Below, piece after piece: positions 38,148 to 60,369 of a stretch of DNA of 64,000 nucleotides (its first letter is position 1; each line of letters starts with the position of its first letter). The stretch comes from Vicugna vicugna (taxonomy: Eukaryota): contig MU058540.1 in the NCBI GenBank assembly GCA_013265495.1, forward strand, positions 85,696-149,695. The letters are read 5' to 3'. Below the pieces are notes generated by a model. That model was not told where the DNA came from. It ran no database searches and saw only the letters and a program-made list of their open reading frames with translations. Both the position numbers and the translations under genes were made by a program.

Positions 38148-41100
38148 CTACTCGGGGTCACTCAGATGGTCACGAGAAGGGTCCAGTGTCTCCGGGCTCT
38201 CAGTCCTCCAGCTCTGCTGCACCAGGGAGCAGAGGTCCTGCCCCTCCAGGAGCCGGCCGTGCTCCTGCAGCTCCCCCTGCCTCAGCACCAGGATCTGGTC
38301 GGCGCTCTGAACCGTCTGCAGCCGGTGAGCGATCACCAGCACCGTGCGGTCCCCGCGGGACCTCCAGTCCTGCAGCTGAAGGGGGAGGATCACAACCTCA
38401 GAAAGATAAGAACGGATGGGCACCGCATCCCCGCTGGGCACCATCTCTGGTGGCTGAGGGTAAAGATGGCAGGAAATGAGAGATGACAGGAAAGAGCAGG
38501 AGAGGAAGCTCTGTGCTGCTCTGCTCTCTCAGCCGGGCTGCCGCAGCTGGAGGATGAGGAGAGGACTGTAGAGGAATCGGGGCGTCCCCACACCACGGGA
38601 GTCTCCATTCCATCCCCACCCTAAGAAGACGCAGATACTCTTCCCACTAGTGGCCCGTTCGTCCTCCACTGCCCAATTCTGCACAGGCTGACCCTCAGGT
38701 CCCGCCGTCCCCGCCCCTCCCAGCCAGTACTCACGGCCTGCTCACACTCCACGTCCAAGGCACTGGTGGCTTCATCCAGGATAAGGACCTGTGGGTCCCG
38801 CACGAGGGCACGGGCAATGGCCAGACGTTGCTTCTGTCCCACAGCCAACTGGCTCCCTTTCTCCCCAACGTCTGAAGAAAACGAGAAATGCTTTTCCTCA
38901 GACACTGGTGACCACGACAACGTCCTCCCCACAGGCAGGGACCAGGGCACAACTGGTGTTTCCACAGAAACCAGTTAGGAGGATGAGGGCCTGGTGGAGG
39001 GAGGGAGGTGGCCAGCGGGGAGACCTCTGGGGCTGGCCATGTCCAGGGAGCATCACTTCTGCCCTGCTCTCCGGGAACAAAGACTCTGGACCAGGACAGG
39101 TGGCTAAAGCACTCAGGAAGTTGGGGAAGGAGGGGAGATGGGAGGCGAGAAGAGGCAACAGCAAACACTGAGTTACAGTGACACGGCCCCGGCCCCAAGA
39201 ATAAGCTCGCTTGTCCTTTGCCTGAGGTACCTGTAGAGAGTCCATGCTCCATTTCTTTTATGAACTCATCTGCCCTGGCAGCCTGGGCAGCGGCCATCAC
39301 CTTATCATCACTGCAGCTCTTCAGCCCGTAAGCAATGTTGTCCCTCACGGAACCCGAGAACAGCACAGGCTCCTGCCCAACCAAAACCACCTGTGCCGAG
39401 GGGATGGGAGCAGAGAACTGTGTGGAAACCCCCACGGCAAGGGCCTTCCTTTCCTCCCCGCCTACCTCCCCCAGAACCGAGTCCTTGCGTGTCTCCGCCT
39501 GACCCCTCTCCCGTGCCCTCTCTGCACATCCTTCCTCTCCAATCTCCTATCCCTCGTCTTCCTCCCCACCCACCTGTTGGTGCAGGTAGTGGTGTTCATA
39601 CTGGGAGATGGGCACCCCGTCCAGCAGCACCTGCCCCCCAGTGGGCTGGTACAGGTTCTGCAGCAGGGCAGCCACCGTGCTCTTCCCAGACCCATTGGGC
39701 CCCACCAGTGCGGTCATCTCACCAGGACGTAGGGTGAACGTCAGACCCTAGAAAAGCCAGGAAAGAGTTAGGAGCCTGCCTCTTCTCCCTCCCCCCACCC
39801 CATTCTTTCTATCAGAGGCAAATCATCTACAAGCCATGATGCCTGGTCACACAGGAGCCAGGGGCCCAGGTTCCCTCCCTGTGGCCTGTCAGGCACCTTG
39901 AGCACTGGCTGGTTGGGGTGACTGGGATATGCAAAGGAGACGTCTTGGAATTCCACCAGCCCCCGCAGAGTGGGCGGGGCCAGTGTCCCAGGGGGAGGCA
40001 GGTTTGGCTTTCTGTCCAGGTAGCAGAAAACCTTCTCCGCAGCCCCCACGTTGCTCAGCATATCCCCAAACATGTATACCACGGTCTGCAAAACAAGAGG
40101 GCAGGGGTCACCTAATCATACATAGCTCCACCAGAAAGCAGTTTCTCAACTCCTCATGCGCCCTCTGCCACTCTGCACTCCAGCCATGCCTCTCCCCTTA
40201 TCCAAAAAAAGATTCTCTCCCTTTAAATGTGTGATCTGATGGAATTTAAAAGCAGCACCAATATCCTATTATTCCAACTTGTAACACAAAGGATATAAAG
40301 GACCGAGACGTCCATACTCCCCTCAACACCGTGACTTGCACCCCAGACCTTTCCAGTTACTGCTCTGTGTTACGCGCACAGCTGGTCTGGCCTGATTAGA
40401 CAGGGAACCCCTTAAAGTCGGTGCTGTGCCCACCTCATCTCTGTGGCCCCCAGAGTGCCTCACACACTCTCCCCACAAAAGACACTTAACAAATCTCTAC
40501 GAAAACTCTAAAATAAAGCCCAAGATGCAGGAACTATTTTTGAAAACTGGTCAATACAGGGAAAGAACTAAATGCTCATCCTGCCTTTCCTAATCAAACT
40601 GTCCCACTGAGTAACCACACAGCAGAGGAGGAGGCACCTCCCTTGAGAGAAGTCTCCCAGCTAATAAATGAAGGAACGACAGGTGTCACCGTTTGCTACC
40701 CCCAGTCACTGAATGGATCTTGGCTCTGAGCATTATTGGACGAAGCCACCACAGATGTAGATGAGAGAGAGGAAGAGACAGATGTAATATATGCACTCTT
40801 ATTACTTATATGAGACATGAAAACTTGACTGCTGACTGCATTTGATGAACTTTAGAAATTATTGTTAATTTTTCAGGTGTGATGATGGCTTTGCAGTTAC
40901 ATATTTTTTAATGTTTATATTTAGAGAGATACATTTACAGATGAAACCATATCTGGATTTGCTTCAAAATAATATGGGTTGGGGGTTAAGTGGGTGAGGA
41001 TACAGATGAAACAAGGCTGGCCAGCAGTTATAATTGTTAAGACAGATGCTGGGTATATGGGGGTTCATTATAGCATATATATATGTGTGTATACATATAT

Positions 41101-42955
41101 ATATATATACGTGCCTACATTTCAGATTCTCCATAACAAATGAATTGGGGTTATTTTGGATTGTTTTTTTTTTAAGGGGAATGAACAGAAGCCAAAGGGG
41201 AAAGAGAGCATGCACAGGTCCTGACTCACATGCACATAGGTGCCCACGTTCTCCTGGTAGAGCAGAAAAGAGAGCAGCCCACCCCGGGTGAGGTCCCCAG
41301 CCAGGATCTGCTGCAGTCCACAATTCAACAAGAGCACCTGCATTGCCAAGTGCAGCGTCTGGAAGGGAGAAGAAAGGGGAATCTGAGAACATCTGTTCTT
41401 TATCCTCCCTGTCCCTACGACACGGAGCAGCAGGGACCCCAGGACCAGCTGTAGGATCAGGACCAACCCTGCCCCCTCCCTGGCCCCTTCCCCCAGCCAC
41501 TCAGCCTTCTCACCCTCCTTAAGAGCAGGTAGAGGGCCTGTTCCAGGTCTCGTCGCCACCACAGCTGCCTGCATCGTTCAAGGGCCTCCTTATAGCGACA
41601 GACTTCTTGCTCCTCGGCCCCAAAACTGCGCACGGTCTGAAGCCCTCCAACTGCCTCCCGCACCACCTGCCCTGCTTTCGCCACTGCGTCCTGGATCTCC
41701 TGAAGCACTGCCTGCAGAAGTGGAGCAGGGCACGGAAGGGGTTGACTCGGCAGAAGACAGCAGACCCATGTCTCACTCCAGCCCTTGGGATGCTCCCCCA
41801 AACCACTGGGAAATGTCAAACTCTCCTCTTTCCCTCTTGCCTACACTTCTTTCCAGGAGGGATCATGAAAGTCAAGGAGGCAGCGAACAAAACACGACTG
41901 AGCTCTCAGTATGAGGTAGTGCAGGATACATGCTATTTTTTTTAACCATCATTTGAGGTGACTCACACCACCCCCAGTGTCTGAATGAAGAAAGAAGGGT
42001 GGTTTTCCCAAGGAGCCACAGCTAGTTAACAGACGGTGGAGATGTAACTCAAAATGCATCAAATGCCTAAACACAAGAGCTAAAACCATCAAACTCTGAG
42101 AAGAAAACATGGGGGGAAGATTCATAAGACTAGACCAGAAATGATTTCCTGGATGTGACACCAAAAGCACACACAACAAAAGAAAAAAAAAAAACAGATA
42201 AATTGGACCTCATCAAAATTAAAAACTTTTGTGCATCAAAGTATTCTATCAACAGAGTGAGAAGGAAAATCACAGAATAGGAGAAAACATCTGCAAATCA
42301 TGAATTAAAAGGTTAATACCCAGAATATATAAAGAATTCCTACAACTGAACAATTAAAAACGACCCAATTTAAAAATGAGCAAAGGACTTGAATAGATAT
42401 TTCTCCAAAAAAGATACTAAACTTGTCAACAAACACATGAAAAGATGCTCAACATCACTAATCAATCAGGAAAAGCAAATCAAAACCATATGAGAGATCA
42501 GCTCAGTCATTAGGATGGCTATTATTTTTTAAAGTGGTATGAATATATGATGGAATATTATTCAGCCATAAAAGAAGGAAATCTTGCCACTTGCAACAGC
42601 ATGGACCTTGAGAGCATTGTGCTAAGTGAAATATGTCAGACAGGAAAAGACAAAAACTGTATGATTCATTTATATGTGGAAATCTAAACAAACAAAACAA
42701 AGCAAAAAACATAAAACTCAAAGAAGAGATCAAATTTGCATTTGCCAGAGGCAAGGGTAGGAGTTGGGAGAATTGGATGAAGGTGGTCAAAAGGTACAAA
42801 CTTCCACTTACAAGATAAATAAGTACTGGGGATATAATTTAAAAATTATAAAAAGGAACAGAAGATAACAAATCTTCTGTTGACAAGGATGTGGAGAAAC
42901 TGAAACCCTTGTGTACTGCTGGTAGGAATGTAAAAACAGTAATCTCTCTCTGTCT

Positions 42956-42992
<37 letters not shown>

Positions 42993-45900
42993 CTACATAA
43001 AGTCCCAGGGGCCAGTGGATCTTCTAAAATTAGAGCTGCTACTTAAGGGCTGTGAAGAGAAAGCCTGTAGGGGAGCTTTATTCTTCCCCAGGGGCCCCCT
43101 AACATCCACACCCACCTGACGGCGGGCATTGTACACCTTCTCAGCCGCTATTGTGAGAGGCAGCTCGAGCAGAGAGAGGAGGGTGAGTCGAGGAGACAGG
43201 CTGAGCATGAAGCCGTACAGTCCCAGCACTTTCACCAGGCTTCGCAGAAACACGTTGGCATTAAGAGGAAGCCAGCAACTCATCAGTTTGGTATCCGAGC
43301 TCAGCCGCGAATTCAGCTCCCCTGGGAAGGACAGAGCAGGTGAGGAAACTGTGTGTTGTAATGTAGAACCCCCTCGCGACCCACTGCTCGCTCGCACAGT
43401 CCCCTCCTCACTTGCAGAGAGTCAGATGGAGGCCGCCTCACTACATTGTCCCCAAAGAGAGAAAATGCAAGTGTCCTGCCAGGGATGCAGGCCGGACAGG
43501 CTGGGTGCAGGTGGAGGGCAGCTGAGGGGCAAGGAACGCCAAGGAGAACCCCAGATCTGGACTCCAGGCCCCACCTGTCTTAGTCTCCTGGAAGAAAGTC
43601 AGGTCCTGGCGCAAGAGGGAGGAGAAAAGCTGCTCCCGGATCCGCAGGTTGATTCTGGACATGGTGAGGGTGAAGGCGCTTCCTCGGCAGCCAGCGGACA
43701 GTGAGCTGTGGCGAGAGGATGAAGGAGAGAGAGATGCAGAAGAGAGAGGAAGGGGAGAAGCAGAGGAGAAAGCACAGAATGAAAAGAAATACAAAGTTGC
43801 AGGAAGTATATCATGAGAGCAGAAGAGAAAACAAATAAGAGAGGGAGAGACACCAGGCAGGAATAAAGGGAGGGCATGGTGAGTTAGTTACGGGAACAAA
43901 ACCATAGCATGAACAGATTCAACAGTATTTATGGAGCTCACTCTGCGCTAGACACAAGGGAACAGTACGACAGAAATGGAAAGATGTTGTGAAGAGGAAT
44001 AGCCTATGACTTGCTTCTGACCAGACCTCCCACAGTGTTATCTATACCTCCAGCCGCCCCTCCGTCTTGGTCCCTTTCCTGCCTGCCCCTAGTGTCCTTC
44101 TCCCTCCTCCCACATACTTCCTTGTGGGATTAGCAGCAATGAACTCTCTGCCCTCCCACTCCCCAGAGCCCTGCGATCATCTTATTCCCCCTTTATTGTC
44201 CTTGGGGCTGGAGAATTCCCATTAGACCAAGCAAATATTTACAGTAAAACTTAAGGGGAAAATGTGAAAACAGAGAAACAGGAATTTTATAAAATATGGG
44301 CTTCTAACACAAATCTAGTGACTGCATTTAGAAGGCTGTTGGGATAGTCAGACCTAAAATGAAGAGAGTTTGGCCTTTGGTGAGTGAGAATGTGAGAGAA
44401 AGGAGCCACAGGAAAACATTTTGATTGTGGACAACACAGGGCTAGTGTCTGAACATGAGAAAGGCATGGACCATGCTGGTGCTTGGAGCCTTGGATACTG
44501 ATGGGATCATGATGGGAATAAGAAAGGGGAGCCACTTTCAAGGAGATCGTGAGGGAGTGGGGTGCAGGTAGAGCTCTGGGGAGGTGGAGTCTGAGATGAC
44601 AATGGGTCATCCAATGGGAATGTCATGGAGGCCAGTGGATGACAAGACTGGAGCTGGGCATGGAAACGTGGATCTGGGAATCACCTGCAGAGATGAGCTG
44701 GGTTAGCTCAACAGGGCAAATGCTCTTAATGATCAAAGAACTGAGTCATGAGGAAAGTCCATAATTAAGGATCCAGAGGAGGACAGTTCACCATTGGGAA
44801 GCCGGAAGGGAGTTCATAAAAGCTAATGGAAGAAACAGATCAATTGTAAGAGATTGTTCAGATGCCAAATGCTACAGAGACACAAAGAGAACTGAGTGCT
44901 GATTTTTTTTTAAGCAGTAGCTTGATCAGTAAGAAGTTCACTTTTAAGTGATTAGTGTCAGCAAAGAGTAGCAAGTATGGAATAATGGAGAATTGGTTTT
45001 TGAGGGATTCCAAATGAAGGATGACCATAACAAAGAAGCAGTATCAAGCAGCCCGCTGGGGTTGGGGTAAGGCAGTGAGGTTCTTGCTAGTGCCTGAGAA
45101 TGGGCACCTCCTTACATTTTGCTCCCTAGGTGCCTCGCCCACCTTATCCTAGTCCCTGCCCTAACAAGCAGTTAATTAGTTCATTTGTTTGTTTGTAGAC
45201 AGCGGACTCCTGGGTAAGTCTAAAAAGGGAGGGGAAAGTAAACCAAGTGGAAAAGTGTAAAGACATTGGAAAGAAAGGTGACAAGCCGCAGAGTAAGACC
45301 TTCCAGGGCTGACAAGATGAGTTAGGGAAGAAGAGTCAGGAAGAAGAAACATGTCCACCCTGACAACAGGATAACTGTGGAAACAAACACAGTGAGAGGT
45401 AGGAGACAGAAAGGAGAAATGGAGTTTCATGGAGATAAACACGTTGAGAGGCAACTCAGAGACATTCCATTTGACACATAAACACCTTTTGTACTATATT
45501 CACTCGTACCTGTAACTTTAATAACGTAATATAAACTTTGAGGTGTTGGAGCTACGTGGTGAATGAAGGAATAAATGAGTGGATGTAAGAAATAAAACAG
45601 TGAATAAATAAATACATGCACATTTTAGTTTAAGTATTTTGTGTTTTGTGCACCAAAGGGTCTGAAAACAGAGTTGGGAAAGTGAGGGCCTCCATAAAAA
45701 CTGAGGCCCCACAAACCGCCCTTCACTTACCTGCCAACGGAGAAGAGACACATGATAAAGATGGCACTGACAAAGGCATCCGGGTCAAAATCACCTCCCA
45801 GGATGTCAATCACACGACCAGAATAGTAAGGGATTAATGTCTCACCTGCAAGAGGCAGGAAGGACAGCAGATGAAAGTGCCGGTGCCAAGGGCCTTTTCC

Positions 45901-46427
45901 CACCTCCAGCTCACAGCGCCCTCTCCTGACTCACCCAACACGGCAAGGACCAGGAAGAAGAAGGCGGCAGCCAGGAGAGGCAGGTCTGGCCTGGAGAGCT
46001 GCAGCAACCTCCACGTAAAGGCTCTGTTGTTCTCCTGGCCCCGCTCCCTCTCCTGGGGTCCTGGGGCACCCAACACAGCCCACACCGCCCAGCTCAGCCC
46101 TGCAGCCCCGGAGCCCAGCAGCAGCCAGCTCCAAGAGGCCGAAGCCACTCTGGCTGGGGGAGCACTCAAGGCCCCTGGGACGAGGGCCCTCAGGGAGAGA
46201 AACAGGGGGGTCACCAGGCAGAAGGGGGGCAGCAGTGCTCCCACAAATCCCAGCAGCCCCCCCAGCCTTAGCAGCCACCAAAGCCCTCCAAGTCGCAAGG
46301 TGCCCTCCAGCCACAGGCCTGGAAGCCCTGGGGGAAGCAGGGCCCCCAGAGGCCCCCGCAGCAGCCAGAGTAAGGCCGAGTCCGCCAGCAGCAGGGAGGC
46401 CCAGGGTCTCAGGTCAGAGAGCCGCAT
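38148..46427 (-). CDS. TAP2: Antigen peptide transporter 2 (ABCB3), 719 aa, 11 coding exons
   Basis: Coding exons 46427-45935 ([16 protein letters not shown]), 45845-45731, 43705-43575, 43321-43116, 41711-41514, 41358-41230, 40085-39897, 39747-39574 (Walker A GPNGSGKS), 39390-39231, 38871-38735 (LAVGQ signature, [10 protein letters not shown]) and 38375-38148. The non-coding exon 1 ends at 46861. All GT-AG. Confidence 0.96.
42055..42940 (+). mobile_element. LINE-1 ORF2 fragment with a nested L1 3' end in a TAP2 intron
   Basis: A-rich ORF2 motifs (atcaaaattaaaaacttttgtgcatcaaag; aaagatgctcaacatcactaatca; aggatgtggagaaactgaaaccc). Confidence 0.8.
42958..42990. repeat. (CA)n microsatellite
   Basis: Read directly. 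Confidence 0.9.
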
Positions 46428-46997
46428 GGCGAGGTCTGTGGGCAGAAAGTGAGAAATTACAGAGGCGGGGTCCCAGCCCTTGCCTCTGTCCTCCCCACTC
46501 CCACTCTGCCCAACGCATCCACCGGCTTCTCAGTTTGTTTACCCAATGCCGCCCCGAAAGATGCCCTGAGTACCCCGTGCTCACCAGTACCTCCCACCTA
46601 GGACCCAAGGCATTCGGCCAGACGGAGGGAGCTGGGAAGCCTGACCATCTGCAGCCTCATCCTTTAAAAAAAAGTTGCCAGGGCCCCCTCCCCCACACCC
46701 CGCTCCCACCAGCCGCCCCGAGTTCCAAAGGGCCGGGCGGTCGGTGCCCTGCTCCTCTGCTTCCCGAGGTCCAGAGGGACAGGAAGCGGGGGGCGCAGAG
46801 TGGGCGGTGGCTGGGCTGCGTCCGTGTCAGCGCTCCAGGTTTCCACCCGCACGAACTCACCAGCGGCGCTCCTGGGCTGCAGCTCCGGGGGGTCTTTCCT
46901 CTACGCGCTGGGGCTGAGCTCTGAAATGCCGCGCGCGGTCTCAGCTTGGTTTCCCCTCTGCGGGCTGGCGAGGCTCTCCCAGCCAGGGCCGCCCTCC

Positions 46998-47059
46998 GCT
47001 TTCGCTTTCGCTTCCCTACCCGGGGCCTTGTTCTGGGCCCGGCGGCCAGCAGGGGGCGC
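46998..47059 (-). promoter_or_regulatory. TAP2 CpG-rich promoter: ISRE and CTCF motif
   Basis: GCTTTCGCTTTCGCTTC (46998-47014) is an IRF/ISRE site. CCAGCAGGGGGCGC (47046-47059) matches the CTCF consensus. Confidence 0.75.
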
Positions 47060-48610
47060 GCGACCCCCGCAGACCTCCCGACAGACGCCCGACTCCTGCT
47101 CCCCTGGCCAGGCCCGAGGTTGGTCTCCCACCATCAGCAATAGTTACTCTGTCATAGGAAACTATTGCGATTTTTAAAATTGCCTCTAAGTAAAGTGAAG
47201 CTGTTTCAGAGTTTAGGATGCTCTGTAATTGGAGAACCAATGGATTTTCTTACCTCAAATTCTTACTGCCTCAGCTCTGAACCTATTTTGGAATTGGCCC
47301 TCTTCCCCCATCCAAGCTCCAGTTGTAGCATCTTGTGGGGAGCGCGGAGAGAGAGCCATATTCCGAGTGAGAAGTACTCAGGACTTCTAAGTGGAAGGCC
47401 CCGTCGCTCTCACCAGGACCTACATGGGTTTCCTCTTAATAGATTATGAGCTGAGAAGGCCCTCACCCCATGTCTGCATTTGTCTTTCTCAACACAGCTC
47501 CTTGAGCAGAAAATGTGTTCAGATAATTCTAAATTTGTGGTCCAAATTACGTTGGGAGCACCTTCCTCATATGAGGGGAGTGAATTTTGTTTCTTGGCCT
47601 ATTTTAACACTGATTAGTGAGGTAATCAGGTTTGCATGGGTCCTGCCTAACCCAGAGTCTCTCCGTGGACCGTGCAGATTGGTTTCCTCCAGAAACAACT
47701 CTTCAGGTTGAAACTACCTCCCAGACTCAGAATACCCCTCGAGGGAGGACTGCTTGGATTCCAGTCCACCCTTTTGAAATGTTACGGGTATGACTACCAC
47801 TGAGTCACTTCAAATTGAAAGTGGGAAGTGGGAGATTAGAAGTTAGGGGCTTACTAAAATTTCTCCAACCCTGTCCACTCTGGAACCTGAAGGATCTCTA
47901 AGGAGAAAAGCTCCACGCTCAGCGGCTTCCTACTCACAAGCTCTTCTTTTGACTGCCTCTCCTTAGAGAGGGTGTAGCACCCTGCTCCCTCCAGCAGTCC
48001 CAGCATGATTCGGAAAATCTCATTAAGTCTCTCACCTTTCTAACCGAGTCACTTTTTCCTCACATTACCATTTCAGCGGGTCCTCCTTATCTCCTCTTCC
48101 ACTTCAATCCCGTCATCTTTCAATTGAGTGTGACACATCATGAAATTGAAGCCCTAGTGTCTGTCTTTACCTTTAATATCCAATCTCTCCACAGTGTTAT
48201 TTGAGGTAAATGGGACCGTGTTTACAATTACTGCACACATGGGAACCAGAAGCTTTTCCATCCTACTCTACAAAGTCAAAAACAGTGTTTCTAAGTGCCC
48301 TACTCCCAAATAATCATTAACAACTGATTATACAGGAGTCTCCAGGTTGTGTTCCCATAGAAAGGGCTCTAACCTAAATTAAACTGCACAGAACTGTTCA
48401 CAGACCATGTTGAGCCTTCCTGAGGTCCTGGAGAGGTGAGCATGGAAGGAAAACCCAGGAGAGATTTTGAGTGAGGCCCCATTTCTTAGGCAGGGGTTTG
48501 AGTCTCTCTTCTCAGGAAAAGTCTGTCTTTATTTCCAGCCCCCTCCTCCCAACAACCACAGCCCCAATGCCACTCAGCCACAACACAGAGGCATTTATAA
48601 CCGTTACCTC

Positions 48611-48616
48611 TTTATT
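48611..48616 (-). terminator. PSMB8 polyadenylation signal AATAAA
   Basis: TTTATT on the plus strand, 220 nt after the stop. Confidence 0.75.
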
Positions 48617-48835
48617 GTGCTTAGTGGGGCACCCAGGAGGTTGGGGTGGGGGAATGCTCGTTGAGACAGAGAACACACAAAAGGCAAACTCTGCCTTGCA
48701 CCTCCCAGTGGCCCTCATTGGTTCTCTATCTCTGGGCTCAGTCAGATTAGGCCCCTCTTTCTCCTGGGGTGGAAACTGGCCCAGGTCCCTGAGTTGACCA
48801 GGCTTCTCCAGAGGCTTGCCCAGCTGCCGCCACCA

Positions 48836-51796
<2,961 letters not shown>

Positions 51797-51835
51797 GATC
51801 GCCTAGCACCGGAGATCGGTCGGTGCTCACAGGGG

Positions 51836-51852
51836 GAAGTGAAAGCGAAAGC
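51836..51852 (-). promoter_or_regulatory. ISRE/IRF-E upstream of the PSMB8 ATG
   Basis: GAAGTGAAAGCGAAAGC on the plus strand. Confidence 0.75.
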
Positions 51853-52969
51853 CCGAAGCCTCAAGGGGAGGGAACCAGAATTTTTTTCCACATTCCCCTG
51901 CCCTTTCCGAGAAGCGAACAGTGGGCGTCTGGGGATCAGGAATATTATGTTGGGGACAGGTTTCTCTGCTCCGCCTTCATGAAAGTTAGAGAAACAATGG
52001 GTGATAAACTGTCAGAAGAAAGGAAGAAAGAGCGCGAGCGGCTTCGAAAGCCCCTTGGGCGATGAGATTTCAGTAAGAGACACCGACAGGCTGGGGCATC
52101 CTCCGGGAACAGTTACCCGGTGGGTAGGGGTCCTATCATCAACCAGAAAGGTGGAAGTCAGCAAGAACCCGGGAGCAGTTTCAAATCGGGAATGGGGGAG
52201 AGGTGTTCATAGGAGCATCGTTTTATAAAAGCAGGGGAGGGATAGGAGTACATGCGGGTAAGGAATCTTGAGGACGGGTCCTGGGGCGCCGGGCAACAGA
52301 ATACACCCGCAGCGTGGGGGAAGGGAGCACGAAGGAGAGGGTGTGGCCTCTGAATCTTTCGACCTGGTCCTCCTTAGGGCCTCTCCTAGTTCAATGGTCT
52401 CCCTAACTGGTAGCCTCCCACACGTACTGCCCTGTCTGCCCGCACCTCCTCGCGAAATTCTTGCTTGAACGAGCACTTCGGAGTTCAACTGCTCGAAACC
52501 CCACCTCTCCTTGCAACCTGTGTTGGCCTAATCTGCCCAGCAACTGTTGACGTCACACTGCCATGGCCCTCCCTGAATGAGAGAGGTTTTACTAGATCAC
52601 GAGTAGGCCTGGCTGGAAAGGACCGGGGTGGGGAGGGGTGACGTGTGAGCTCCCCCGCTGGCGCGCTGGCACCTCCTCTAGCCGCTCTCGCCCTCGGTCT
52701 TCCACCTGGGGGCTGTGAGGCCGGGCAGCTGCCGGTGCCTTGGAGGGCCAGGTAGCCCCCAGTCTGCCTCATTCCTGGGGGCGGGTGTAGGGGGATGGGG
52801 AAGTGGAGGGGGCAACCAAGGAAATTGAAAACTTGAGGGAGAAGATGGCACACTCAGGGCTGTGAGGACGCTGAAGGAGGGAGAGACCTGGCTTATAAAA
52901 AGTGCACCGCGAAAGTCGGTGACATTTGGTCTACTGCAAACACAAGAAACCACAGTAGAAAACACCAAT

Positions 52970-52975
52970 TTTATT
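52970..52975 (-). terminator. TAP1 polyadenylation signal AATAAA
   Basis: TTTATT on the plus strand, about 400 nt after the TAP1 stop. Confidence 0.7.
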
Positions 52976-53375
52976 ATAAATATCAAGAATCCACAGGGTA
53001 TTTATTGGCCAGCATATGCCTCTGGTCAGACTGGAAAGCAGCTGATCGTCCCTTTCTGTGTATTCTAAATATTATCCTCATTCTAAGGGTGCTAGTCACA
53101 CCAACCCTGGCTCCAAACCCTAATTACACGAAGGCATTATTATAAACCATAGTCTCTTCCAGGAAATCTGCATTATCAAGAGGATTTTGGAGGAGGATAA
53201 CACTCAGAGCAAAATTTCAGGCATCACCTGGGGGTTATGTTTTAGAACCTCACCCCTCCTAGAAGCAGCTGCCTACTCTGCAGCTCTAGTAAGACCTTGC
53301 TTTGTTCTCAAACTCTCCACTATAGAGAGAAGGTAAAAAGGGAGGGAGATGGAGTGTGCAGGTCTGAGAAGTCTT

Positions 53376-60369
<6,994 letters not shown>

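Noticed and set aside
37881..38486. 201-aa ORF antisense to the TAP2 last exon (and similar long antisense ORFs at 43129, 45871, 46235 and 59884)
   Set aside because: These are shadow ORFs from GC-rich coding sequence and CpG islands, with no independent evidence.
51900..53300. Equivalent of the human PSMB8-AS1 lncRNA
   Set aside because: The position fits, but transcription cannot be supported from sequence alone.
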